The translations under genes were made by a program, and so were the position numbers. From the human T2T-CHM13v2.0 reference genome, Homo sapiens, in the NCBI RefSeq assembly GCF_009914755.1, contig NC_060931.1: a stretch of DNA of 64,000 bases, one strand, 5' to 3'. A model generated the notes under the pieces. It made no database searches. It was not told the origin of the DNA and worked only from the letters and a program-made list of their open reading frames with translations. Of this stretch, positions 12,166 through 25,239 are shown one piece after another. Positions within the stretch are counted from its first letter, which is position 1. Every line of letters starts with the position of its first letter.

Positions 12166-14376
12166 CATTTTTGATGGCTTCGGCATTGCAAGACTGCCAC
12201 TTCCTTGGGTTTTTGTGCTGCTTGCAATAACTCCATGATTTCCTTGTGGTATTTAATGGGGATTCCCCTAGAGGTTAGGAACTCCCTTTCTTTCCATATT
12301 GCAGTATGGTCATGTAGGATTAGATAAGCATACTTGCTATCTGTATACACATTTATTCTTTTTCCCTTTCCCAGTCCTAAGGCTCGGGTAAGTGCCACTC
12401 GTTCTGCTAACTGGGTGATGGTCCCTGGGGAAGATGCTTACTTTCAAGTACTGTTACATCACTAACTATGGCATAACCTGCCTTTCATATCCCATTCTCC
12501 ACCAATAAACTTCCATCGGCATACAGGTTAAGGTCAGGATTAGCTAAGGGGACTTCTAAGAGATTCTCTCAGTGGGCATAAGTCTGGACTATAATTTGTT
12601 GGCAGTCATGCTCGATTCATTCTCAATCCTCTGGGAGAAAAGTGGCAGGGTTGAGGGTCACACATGTGTATTAGAAGCACCAGTCCCTCAAGGAGTAGTG
12701 CCTGGTATCTGAGCAGGCAGTTGTCTGATAGCCATAAACTTCCTTTGGCACCTAGAATGCCATTTACATCATGAATAGTTCAGACTGTGAGATCCTTTCC
12801 TTGTATTATTTTGATAGCCTTGGATACTAAGATAGCCACTGCCGCAACTACCTGTAAACAGTGAGGCCAACCTTTTGCTGCTACATCAGTTTCCTTACTT
12901 AGGTATGCCACTGGTTGTGGGGTTGTCCCATGAGTCTGAGTAAGGACTCCAAGAGCTATTCCCACTCTCTTTGTGATGTATAAAGAGAAGTTTTGTCCTG
13001 TGGGAAGGCTTAAGTCTGGAGCTTGTACTAGAGCCTGCTTTTAGGTTTTGAAGGCTGTTTTGCCTGTGGTTCCCATTCTACTAGATGAGTATTTGCCCTC
13101 TGGGTCTCCCTGATTAGAGTATAAAGGGGCCTAGCTATCTCACTGTATCCGGGGATCTATAGTTGGCAAAGGCCAGTGATTCCAAGGAACCCCCAAAACT
13201 GTTTTAATGTCTTAGGGCAATGATAAGACAGTATAGGCTGTATTCATTCCGTGCTGAGGGCCCTGGTTCCTCTGGCTAAGATTAGGCCTAGATATGTGAC
13301 TTATTATAGGCAGAGTTGGGCCTTCAATTTAGACACCTTGCACCCTTGATTAGCTAGAAAGTTTAAGAGATCTAGAGTAGCCTGCTGGCATGAGGCTTCC
13401 GAACTGGTAGCCAAAAGTAAATCATCCATATACTGAACAACCAGAGTGCCTGGACTTGAGAAGTGAACTAGATCTTGGGCCTGTGCCTGACCAAACAGAT
13501 GAGGGCTATCCCTAAACCCCTGGGGCAAGACCATCCATGTAAGTTGGGAGTTGTGTCTGTGGGATCCTCAAAGGCAAAGAGAAACTGGGAGTCAGAGTGC
13601 AGGGGAATACAGAAGAAGGCATCCTTGAGGTCCAGAACAGTGAACGATTCTGCTTCCTCTGGTATTTGAGAGAGCAGGGTATAGGGGTTGGGTACAACTG
13701 GATATAGAGGAATTACTGCCTCATTGATGAGTCTAAAATCTTGCGCTAGTCTCCACTGACTGTTCAGTTTTTGTACTCCTAGAATTTGTTGCTGGGACTG
13801 CTGCATTTTCTTATTAAGCCTTGAGCTTTTAAATGTCTAACAATATCCTGTAATCCTTTATGAGCTTCAGACCTTAAGGGATATTGCCTTTGATAAGGAA
13901 AAGTGGTGGGGTCTTTTAACCTGATTTGGACTGGGCAGGCATTTTTTGCCCCTCTGAATTGCCCTTCTGAATTGTCCTTCCAATGCCCAGACTTCAGGGT
14001 TGATTCCCTCCTTAAGCAGGGAACAACAAATGGGTAACTTATTCCCCATATTCACGTAGACAATAGCTTCAGCTTTGGCTAATATGTCCCTCCCTAATAA
14101 GGGTGTGGGACTTTCAGGCATAACAAGAAAGGAATGTGAAAAAAGCAAAGTCTCCCAATTTCAACTGAGGAGGTGGGAGAAATACCTGGTCACAGGCTGT
14201 CCCAGGATTCCTCGGATGGTAACGGACTTTGAGGATAGCTGTCTGAGACAGGAGATTAACACTGAGAAAGCCATGCCAATGTCCAGGAGGAAGTCAATTT
14301 CTTGGCCCTCAAAGGTTAAATGTACCTGGGGCTCAGTGAGGGTGATGACATGAGTTGGCGCTTGCCCCAGGCACCC
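12166..14376 (-). pseudogene. HERV9 pro-pol (protease, RT, RNase H; integrase absent), frameshifted
   Basis: Protease FLLDIG (catalytic DTG mutated) and PLLGRDIL. RT WRLAQDFR, VLDLKDAFF, LPQGFRDSP, YMDD. Tether PVAYLSK. RNase H NVYTDSKYA. Confidence 0.9.
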
Positions 14377-15824
14377 TCAGTCCTGTTGTTGGATCATCTG
14401 GTTGGGGGCTTCGGGCCCGGAGAAACTTTGACCTCTGGGGCAGTACGCCTTCCAGTGATTGCCTTGCCATGTCAGTGGACATGGGCGAGGGGGCAGCTTG
14501 TTTCTCACTGGACAATCTTTTTTAAAGTGTCCTTGCAAACCACACTGATAACAAGCCCTACCAGGTGACCGGCCTGCTCCATTTACTGTTCTCTCTGAAC
14601 CACCAAGGTTTGTTTGTCTGAGTGCCATGACTAAGGCTGCAGCCTTTCTCTGATCTTGCTTTTCCTTTTCTGCCTGTTCCTCTTGGTCCGTATTATAGAA
14701 CACCAAGGTTGCCAGGTTTAATAATGCCTTCAGATTTTGTTCAGGGCCCAGGGCTCGCTTTTGGAGCTTTCTCCTGATAACTGTTGCTGATTGGGTAATA
14801 AACTTGTCTTTTAGGATCAATGGACCTTCAAGTGAGTTGGGTGACAAGGGAGTATATATTCTTAAGGCCTACCGTAGCTGCTTGAGGAAGGCAGAAGGAT
14901 TTTCTTCCTTTCCCTGAGTTATGGTGGACATCATAGAATAATTCGTGTACTTTTTCCTAATTCTCCTTAGTCTTTCTAGGACACAGGTCCACAGATATTT
15001 ATGACTCCAGACTCCATGATCTGAGTCTAGGTCCCAGTGGAGATCCATACTGGGAACGGCTTGCTGACCAGTAGGGAATGTGCCCCTTTCTTTGACTGTC
15101 ATTCTATCACTTACTTGACTGAGATACCAGGTAACTCCAAACTCTCAGACTGCAGCTAAAGACACATTCTTTTCATTAAAGGCCAGGGTTTGATCTAACA
15201 ATAGCATGACATCTCTCCAAGTGAGATTGAAGGCTTGCTCTAGACCCTGTAGGACATCTATGTACCTATCAGGAACATCTGAAAACTTCCTCAGCTCTTC
15301 CTGGATCTGCTTTACATCAGAGAGGGAGAAAGGGTTATGTACCTGGGTTGGGCCAAATTCCCCTCCCCCTACCCCTTGAAGGGGACATAACTGATAGCCA
15401 GGGGTTTTTTGTTGTCCTTTGGATATTTCTTTGCTTATTTCCTTCTGGGCAGGGGAGATTAGAGGAGACTTATCATTAATAGGAAGGCTATGATATGGGG
15501 GTTAGCTGAGAGGTCCTCCTGTGGGATGTAAATTGCAAGCTTTACCTAGTTGTGCATTCTCCTCAGTGAAAAGAAAGCTTCGACGTAAGGTATTTCACCC
15601 CATTTGCCCTCCCTCTTACAGAAAAGGTCAAGCTTCAGGATAGTATTGTAATTTATACTCCCCTCAGGTAGCCATTTTTCCCCATCAGAGAGAGAATATT
15701 GGGGCCAGGATGTAGTGCAGAAAAAAGTGAGCTGCCTCTTTTACAGGGTTTGCAGGTCAAATTGGTTCCAATGGCTTAGGATGCACTTCAAGGGTGAGCC
15801 TGTTGACGCCTGAGTGTTTCCTAT
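14377..15824 (-). pseudogene. HERV9 gag, disrupted
   Basis: Begins (ATA)GNTQASTGSPLKCIL, with ATA in place of the expected ATG. MHR-like ITQGKEENPSAFL. Zinc knuckle CYQCGLQGHFKKDC. Confidence 0.88.
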
Positions 15825-15861
15825 CTAAAAGAAAAAATCACCTGCGGTTTTGGTTTGTTAT

Positions 15862-16099
15862 TCCCCCCTTGCCCTAGAACTCACAAGGGTCCCTGGACCC
15901 TGCTGATGGGAATAGTTGCACTCACCAACGCAGCAGCAGGTCCCCCTCTTGCCCAAGAACCCACAACAGTCCCTGGACCCTGCTGATCAGAATAGTTGCA
16001 CTCACCAACACAGCAGCAGATCCCCTCTTGCCCAAGAACCCGCGACGGTCCCTGAACCTTGCTGATCGGAATAGTTGCACTTACTGATGCAGCAGCAGA
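15862..16099. repeat. ~80-bp tandem repeat x3 in the HERV9 leader
   Basis: The unit 'cccctcttgcccaagaac...ccctgctgat..gaatagttgcact...gcagcagcag' starts at ~15862, 15941 and 16021. Confidence 0.9.
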
Positions 16100-16110
16100 A
16101 ATACTAGTTT

Positions 16111-16270
16111 TCCTCCTAGACCACAAAGAGGACTGAGGAAGGTCGGATTTAGTGGCCCTTAGCAATGCATTCTTGAAAAGCTGCACCCTTGCCTTTCCTC
16201 TTAGACCATGAAGAGGACCAAGAAAAATCGGATTTAGTGGCCCTTACCGACACAGTCTCTAAAACCTGTT
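16111..16270. repeat. ~85-bp tandem repeat x2 in the HERV9 leader
   Basis: 'tcctc(c/t)tagacca..aagaggac...tcggatttagtggccctta' occurs at ~16111 and ~16196. Confidence 0.85.
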
Positions 16271-17136
16271 AGAGTCCTAAGCGTTTTCTCCTGTTAGTAT
16301 TGGGACCTTACCCCATCCTGTAAAGATGTTATGCCTCAAAATGGAGTGGAGGGCCACACCCTGAGGGAGGGAAGAGATCTCTAGGGTTGGAAGAGTGATG
16401 CCTTTTGTCCTCACTTTTCATCTTATGGATAGGAAGGATATCGTTTCTGAGGCTCCCCATATCCTAACTTCAGGAATAGCCTTTGTTAGGCCTGCTTGTG
16501 TGAGGAGGGATCCTAAAATTCCAGATAGTCTCCTGCCGATGGGGCTTTGGGCAAAAATTATGTCTTTCTGATTGGTGAGCCTGGGTGCCTGAAGAAAGGA
16601 ACAGAGTCCCAAAACTTATACTAGAAATCATTCTTCTAGGAGAAACTAGAAAAGCACCAGAGACAAGGAGTGGTTTTTAGAAGTGGAAATAGCCTTGGAG
16701 AAGAGAAGTGAAAGGAAATTTGTCTGAAGGCATTAGGACCCAGGAGGCAAGGGTCAGGAAAGATAGGATAGATGGGAGAGTCTCACTTGGGCAACGTGAC
16801 TTTGAGAGTTCTGCTCATGTCTGCAGGGTCAACCAACGTTTTGTCGGGACCCCAGAGCTGAATGGTTTTCCTCTCTGTCAACACTCAGCTCAGCCCAGAA
16901 GTACAGGAAAAGCGAAAGCTGGTTCCAGGCAAACCAACACTTCCAACTCCGAAGAGTCGGGGATTGTTAGAGAGCCCTTTCCCAGAAAGCCTGACATCTG
17001 TGTCTTTAGTCTGCTGGCTGCACTAGTTGCTTTTAACTGGCTGAAAGGTGCCTGGAGTTTAGCCCCTGAATTCTAAGGAAAAGTAGGACAGAATAGCAAG
17101 CGAAAGAGGTCCGATGGTACTCACCAGTTGGTGATG

Positions 17137-17154
17137 CTTCTTTCATGGTCACCA
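17137..17154 (-). promoter_or_regulatory. Primer binding site (tRNA-Arg type, degenerate)
   Basis: TGGTGACCATGAAAGAAG lies 3 nt after the 5' LTR end and resembles the ERV9 PBS TGGCGACCACGAAGGGAC. Confidence 0.75.
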
Positions 17155-17157
17155 ATA

Positions 17158-17430
17158 TGTGTCTGGAGTTAGTTCCTTCCAGTGAGTTCTTGGTCTCGCT
17201 GACTTCAAGAATGAAGCCACAGACCTCTGTGGTGAGTGTTACAACTCTTAAAGGTGGCACAGACCCAAAGAGTGAGCAGCAGCAAGATTTATTGTGAAGG
17301 GCAAAAGAACAAAGCTTCCACGGCATGGAGGTGGACATGAATGGGTTGCCGCTGCTGGCTGGAGTGGCCAGCTTTTATTCCCTTATTTGTCCCCACCCAC
17401 ATCCAGCTGATTGGTCCATTTTACAAACAC
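17158..17430 (-). mobile_element. HERV9 5' LTR, U3-truncated
   Basis: Aligns to 10326-10590 but keeps only one CCAAT box before switching into L1 sequence. Confidence 0.88.
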
Positions 17431-20400
17431 TGACAGAATTGAATTTAAAAAATAGATAATTTGGCAATAATAGTTGGAATCTTCAATACTCCACTTTCAA
17501 GAATGGATAGAATATCTATAAATAAAATCAACAGTAGAAGACTTGAACAACACCATAGGCCAATTAAACCTAACAGCTGTATACAGAAACACACCACACA
17601 ATGAAAGCGGAGTTCACATAAAACATTCTCCAGGCTATAAATATTTACAGCTATAATATATTCTCAGTAAATGTTAAAAGATTGAATTTATGTTTAGTAT
17701 CTTATCCAAGTACAGTGGAGTGAAGATGGAAATAAATAACAGAAGGAAAATGAAAATTCTCAAATAAATGAAAATTAAACAACATGCTCTTAAACTACCA
17801 ATGGGTCAAAAAAAGTCATTAGAAAAATTAGAATATACTTGGAAATAAATGAAAATGGAAATTAAAACACAAAAATCAAAACAGAGGATGTAGCAAAAGC
17901 AATGCCTAGAGAGGAGTATATAGCTATGAATATCCACATTAACAAGGAAGAAAGAGCTCAAATCAACAACCCAACTTTACACCTTAAGGAGCTTTAAAAA
18001 CTAAGGAAAACTATATCCCAAACAAGCAGCAATAAAGATTTGAGCAGAGATAAATGAAATAAAGAACGGAAAAACAATAGAATCAACAAACCCAGAAGTT
18101 GGTTTTTTAAAAAGATCAACAAAATTGGCATTTCTTAGTCAAGCTAAGAAAAATAAACAGAATACATAAATCACTCAAATTAGAAATAAAAGTAGGGATA
18201 TTACTATTGACCTTAAGAAATTAAAAATATTTTGAGAGGATACTATGAACAATTGTAGGCTAAACAATTTTATAAATGGGTGAATGGAACAAATTTCTAG
18301 AAACACACAAATTATCAAAATTGACTTCAGAAAGAACAGAAAATCTTAACACTGCTCCGACAAGTAAAAGATTGAATCAGTAAGTAATCAAAAATCTCAC
18401 AAGAAATAAAGTCCATAGTCAGATAACTTCTGCTGATATAGTCTGCCAAATATATAGAGAAGTAACACCCATCCTACTCAAACTCTTCCTAAATAGAAAA
18501 GGAGGAAACACTTTCTAGCACATCCTATGATTCCAGCATTACTCTGATTCTAAAATGAGACAAAGACATTACAAGAAAAGAAAAAAATAGACCAATACCC
18601 ATTAGTAAAATAAAGCCAAAAATCTGCAACAAAATACTAGCAAACTGAATTTAACAGTACATTAAAATGTTTATATACCATCACCAAGTTTGATTTTTCC
18701 AAGAAGTAAAAGAGTGGTCAAACATATGAAAATCAGCCAATAAAAAGCAACATATTTATAAAACCAACGGGGAGAAAAAGACTCCAAAACCTGTCGTCAT
18801 TTCAATAGGCACGAAAACAGCATTTGACAAAATCTGACACTCCTTAATGATAACAACACTCAGCAAACTAGGAACAGCAAGGAACTTCCTCAACATGGTA
18901 AAGGCATTTATAAAAAACCCACAGCTAACATCATATTCGATGGTGAATGATGGAAAGCTTTTCTTTAAGATTAGAAATAACATCAGGATGTCCACTCTTA
19001 CCACTGCCCTTCAACATTATACTGGAAGTTCTGGCCAGTCTTGCCAGTTAGGCAAGAAAAATAAATAAAAGATATCCAAGTAAAAAAGAATGAATAAACT
19101 ATTTGATGATGAAATAAATAGAAAATCCCAAAGAACCCCTTAAAAAACCTATTAGAGCTAATAAACAAATTCAGCAAAGTTGTGTTATAAGATCATTATT
19201 AAAAAATCTGTGTTTCTTTACACCTACAATAAACAATCTGAGGTCAAATAAAGAAAATAATAATATTTACATTAGCATCCAAAAGAATACCAAAGAAGAA
19301 ATTTAAACAATGGGGTGCAAGATTTATATACTGAAAATGACAAAATATTCCTGAAAGAAATTAAAGACCTAAATAAATGGAAAGACACCCTGTGTTCATG
19401 GACTGAAAGACTTAATTCAGTTAAGATGGCAACAGATATCCACAAAGTGATACAGAGATTCAATGCAATCTCTATCAAAATTCCTATTGCCTTTTTTTTG
19501 CAGAAATGGAAAAGCCAGTTCCAAAAATCACATGAAATTTCAAGGGACCCCCAAATAGCCAAAATGATATATAAAGGGAAAAACAGACTTGAAGAATTCA
19601 CACTTCCTGATTTAAAACTTACTACAAAGTTACAGTATTCAAAACAATGTGATACTGGCATAAGGATACAAATCTACATCAATGGACTAGAATTGAAAGT
19701 CCCAAAGAAAACCTGAACATCTATGGACAATTGATTTTTAACAAAGGTGCCAAGATCATTCAATGAGGAAAGAATAGTTCCTTGCCATAACGTGATGAGA
19801 CAACAGGGCAACCACATGTTATAGAATTAAGTTAGACTCCTACCTTACTTCATATGCAAACTCAAAATGGAAAAACAACCAAAATGCAAGAGTCAAAACT
19901 CTAAAACTATTAGAAGAAAACATTGGGAGTAATAATTGATGACTTCTAATTGGCAATGAATTCATAGATTTAACACCAAGAGCACAAGTAACAACAACAA
20001 CAAAAGATAAGTTGGATTTCATAAAAATAAAAAATTGTGTGCATCAAAGGACAGTTCCAAGAAAGTGAAAAGACAACCTCCGGAATTGGAGAAAATATTT
20101 GCAAATCATATCTGATTAGGGTTTAATATCCAGTATATGCAAAGAATTCCTAACACTCAGCAACAAAAAGACAATCTAATTAAAAACAGAACAAAGGACT
20201 TGAACAGACATTTCTTCAAGGAAGAATACAAATGACCAATAGCACATGAAACGACGTTCAACATAATTAGTCATTAAGAAAACACAAAACCATAATGAGA
20301 TACCACTTCACAACTATTAGGAATTATATAATTGTTTAACAGAAGATAAGTATTGACAAAGATACAGAGATATTGGGATCCTCATACATTCCTGGTAGAC

Positions 20401-20985
20401 ATGTAAAATGAAGCAACCATTGTACAAAACGATTTGGCTGCTCCTCAAAAATCTAAATATAACATTACTATATGATCTAGCAATTCCACTTCTAGGATAC
20501 AGGTTTTTGTTTGCCGATGTTCATTGCCACATTATTTACAATAGACAAAAGGTGGAAGCAAGCCAAATGTCCATTAGCAGACGAATGTAAACAAAATGTG
20601 GTAATATACATACAATAGAATATTATTCAGCCTTAAAGGAATGAAATTCTGGCACATGCTATAACATGCATGAACCTTGAAAACATTATGCTAAATGAAA
20701 GAAGCCAGATTTGAAAGGTTATATATTATGTCTTTTTAATGGAATATACAGAAGAGGCAAATTCGTGCAGACAGAAAGCAGATTTCTGGTTGCTAGGGGA
20801 CAGAGAAAGCAGAGAATATTGAGTGATCATGTAATGGCTACAAGGTGTTTTTTGAGGTGGTAATGTTTTGAAAATGAAAGAGGAAGTAGTTGCAAAACAT
20901 TTCAAATACACTAAATGCCACTGCATTGTACAACTTAAAATGGTTTACTGTATGTTATTTGAACTGCACATCAGTGAAAAAGTAC
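17431..20985 (+). mobile_element. L1M (L1MB-like) ORF2 remnant and 3'UTR
   Basis: ORF2 remnants (QDLYTENDKIFLKEIKDLNKWKD...FNAISIKIP). L1MB-type 3' end 'aatgccactgcattgtacaacttaaaatggtt'. Confidence 0.85.
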
Positions 20986-22969
20986 AATTTGGTCTAAACA
21001 TAAACTGTTTGGTGTCTTACTATTCAGCAATTATAAAAAGAAAAATTAAACATCTCTTTGATTTTGAAATAATGGCTTTAAATGTCATCCTTACCTTTCC
21101 AAATTAGAATTTGTCTTTTTACTGTCTTAATCTTAGCTTTGTATACATGCTGGGGGTGGGCTGAGGAGCTAGGAAAAATCCTCTTTTTCTTTTTTACTTC
21201 TTCATCCAATGTTCAAAAGTTGAAATTTTTTTTAAAAAATAGATATGTCTGAATGAGAATATGAGACATTTTGGTCTAAGTCATGTGCAGCACTTCAAAC
21301 ATTTCATTTGTCTTCTCATAGAGGTCTGAGAGGTGAGCCACTGGATACTATTTAAGCATGCATTCTTCACATTCATAAATAACTGTCATTTGTGATTCTG
21401 TTATATCTATGTTGCTACCTATCATAGCCCCTGCCATTAGCCTGTAGAGTTACAAACAAGAGTGGTAAGGCAGAGAGATGTCAGAGAGATGTAATCTCAT
21501 GACCGTTAAATCCATAAAAATTCCTGCAAGTAGCCTTAGCTTCTGGGGAGATCATCTGCTTGCTCTGATTAAAAGCAGCATCGAGTAATTGAAGGATTTC
21601 CTTTGACTGTACCTCAGCTAGAAATTATTTAGTGTCAATAAAAAATTTTGTTCTGGTAAGTTTTCAGCATGATTCTAAAGCAATTCAGTAGCACAGCCGT
21701 CATTTCAAAACAATGTAATGGAATTCAATGAATGCTCTTCAGCACAGACTACATTATCACAATTAATGCATATATACAAAATAGAAGTAAATTATCTAAA
21801 CAGTAGGCTATGACACTCCTGCCTTTGAGGAAAAAGATATATGAAAGTTAAATATCATTTCAAGACTTATGTCATAAAGTCCCTACAGTGGAATAAATTT
21901 GCTTTCTTCTGTTGAGGGCCATTGAATGCAATATTTATGGCTTTTTTTCTTAATATACCTTAGTAGTTATCAGGTGAATCCTTTAGTGATCAAAATTTTA
22001 CTGCCCAAAGTTCTGTTAACATTCACCAAAATTTTATTTCACCGTTTACCTACATAATAGAATTAGTCTAGTTGGGAACACATGGGGTAAAAAGGTCCAA
22101 TATTTAAAGCAATACTCCACCTTGTGGTAGAGTATGAAAAATGCATAGAAATTCCTTCAACAACAAATAAATGATTACAAATCTATTGACTCTGAAATAG
22201 AAGCTTTTCCTTGACTTTCTCTCTTTGAAGAAATACCAGAAAATGTATTGATTTTTAAATAATGACTTCTCAACTATTGACTACTCAAGAGCAAAATTTC
22301 ACCTAATTTGAAGAAAAAAAAACTTTGAGAAGAACAAAACACTGATACTAGGTAATATCATGGACTAATTTTAATATGCATATTTTGATTAAAAATACAT
22401 TTTAAATTAAAAACACAAGTGCTGGGTTAGTTTTCTCTAAGGAAAACCAAGGCATAGACTAGAAGAAATCTTAGAAAATTTCAAATTAAAAACTAAATGT
22501 ATATGTATATATCATATAATATAAATAATTTTATACACCATAAGGAAAAACGTACTTGATAACAATGGTATTATGTTTACAGTGAAAAGAAATCCAATAT
22601 TTAAAAGAAAAGTGGAAGAAAAAGTTATTCTGGAAATGTTGATAGCCATTACCATTTTAAAATCTGATATTAATCATTTTTAATTTAATAGTAAAAATAT
22701 CTAGAAGTTTTAAGGGTGTTTTTATAAATATCAATTATTATTTTGTTTTGTTTTTTCTTTTTTAAGGAATACAATCTCTAACATAAATATATACTGCATA
22801 AACAAATTTTTCTTGGATGCTAGACTAAAGAAAGAATACCTGTTAAGAGAGCTGAGTTTTCTTTCAGGGAAAAAAATTAAATCTGTGGGTTGTAGAAGTT
22901 ATTGGTTTCAAATTATTGCCATTAATTGTGGGCCAACAACTACTGCCAGCCACTGACTGATTCCTTTTC

Positions 22970-23100
22970 TTATACTATTTCTAGAACTTTAACATCCCTA
23001 CAAGACAAATATTATTGTCCCCATTTGAGAGATGAGAAAACAGAGGTTCAGAATTAAGTAATCCACCCAAAGGTTTGAACCTAATTCTGCCAAGGCTCAC
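22970..23100 (-). mobile_element. MIR fragment
   Basis: 'attattgtccccatttgagagatgagaaaacagaggttcagaattaagtaa' is the MIR core. Confidence 0.7.
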
Positions 23101-23933
23101 ACCCATGCACTCCTTCATGCAATCTTTCCATTTGCATAGCAAGGACAAAGTGTCTTATTTACAAAACTAAGCGAATTTTAAAAATTATCTGAGAAGGACT
23201 AATTTTTTTAACAAACAAATGAGAAATAACATTTTAAATGAATGATTAAGCTGATATTGCTGTTATTAATGAAGTTTTAAAAACACTTGGACTATGTATG
23301 TATATATGTAAATGTCTGAGTCCAACAATGAGTCTAACAGTGCAAGAATTAAAAGGTAAGCTTTATCTTAGGTCAGTATAAATTAGCCTTGTAAAAAATA
23401 TTAAGTCTGATTTTAAATGTCGTAATAAAAACCAAGATGAACAAATTGAGTAAGATCCAGTGGGAGTCTCCTGGGCTAAAAATACTTCGTTATTACACCC
23501 TGACTTACCTGACAAGTACTTGCTTAACCTAAATGGACTATCTTGAAAACCCCTTAGAGGAAAAGCTGAAGGGTAGAAAATAACTTTACTTAATGGATCG
23601 TTTAATGACATATTTATCGAAATTTTCAAACATGTCTGAAAGATGTGATATGGAATGTAGAATATCTCCTTTTAGGAAAGCATCATGATTTCACAATTTC
23701 CCTAAAGTTGCTATTTTTAGGAAAACTGAAAATCCCTTTGGAGATGATCTAAACAGTTTGTAAAAACAAACAAACAAAAAAATCAAAATTGCCACCTCTA
23801 CTTTAAAGTAGCTTGTCCAAGTAGAAAGAATCTTGCTATAAATGAGGACAGCTACGATCAGCAACCTTGGGATCTTCTGGGTCCCATCTCAAAGAGCTGG
23901 TATCAAGTCCTCTTTTAATTAACAATGCATTCA

Positions 23934-24296
<363 letters not shown>

Positions 24297-24446
24297 AGAA
24301 TTCAAACTGGAGGAAAAATGAAATGGCATTTTCTAAGAGTTCAAACTAAACATAAGGAAAGAAATAATGACTGAATTATTTTGAAAAACTTTTTGAAATT
24401 CAGGAAGAGTGAAGATTTTCCTAATCTAGATGAATTCAAGACCATT

Positions 24447-24872
24447 TGATATGGTTTTGATCTGTGTCCTCGCCCAAATCTCATGTAGAATTATAATCCT
24501 CAATGTTGGCAGTGATGCCTGGTGGGAGGTGATTGGTTCATGGGGGTGGTTTCTCATGAATGATTTAACACCATCCTGCTTAGTGCTGTTCTCCTGATAG
24601 TGAGTGAGTTCTCATGAGATCTGGTTGCTTAAAAGTGTCTAGCGTCTTCTCCCATCTCTCTCTTCCTTCTGCTCCAGCCTTTTCCTTCTGAAGTGCCTTG
24701 CTCCCTGTTTGCCTTTCACCACGACTGGAAGTTTCCTCCAGCCTCCGCAGAAGCAGAAGCCACAATGCTTCCTGTACAGCCTGCAGAACTGTGAGCCAAA
24801 GAAACCTCTTATCTTTATAAATTACCCGGTCTCAGGTATTTCTTTATAACAGTGCAAGAAAGAACTAATATA
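24447..24872 (+). mobile_element. MST-family MaLR solo LTR (MSTA-like)
   Basis: TGATATGGTTTTGATCTGTGTCC...CAAATCTCATG to GAACTAATATA, 426 bp. Confidence 0.88.
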
Positions 24873-25239
24873 ATATTGTACTATTTGAAAAGTGATTGCA
24901 GAGCTTGAAAGAAGTGTGCTTGAGCCTGTAAAATTAGGCACTAGACTTAACTACATTTCTTTGAGTACCTAATGGTGCAGAAAATGGTCACGAGAACTGG
25001 GGAGAAATTATCAAAATTTTCTTTATTGTACATATATATGCACAACATACATTCATTCATTTTCTCACTGATGGAGAATTTGGATGTGTTAAAACACTGT
25101 GTATTTTATTTTTTTTTTAAGTAGTGCATGAGAAAAGAGAAAGAATAAAACTTATAAGAAGAATATATTGAATTTAACGTTTCTAACAATTGAATGTTTA
25201 TGACCCCCATATTTTTAAGTTAAATACTGTGAAAAGGAT

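Larger units (their letters stand above)
10326..17430 (-). mobile_element. Defective HERV9 (ERV9/LTR12) provirus
   Basis: Two LTR12 copies, a PBS, gag, pro, RT (LPQG, YMDD), RNase H, an env TM remnant and a PPT, all on the minus strand. Confidence 0.93.

Noticed and set aside
11895-12398. RNase H fused to a highly charged E/R/K tail
   Set aside because: The tail is simply the translation of the GA-rich tract, and upstream pol is frameshifted.
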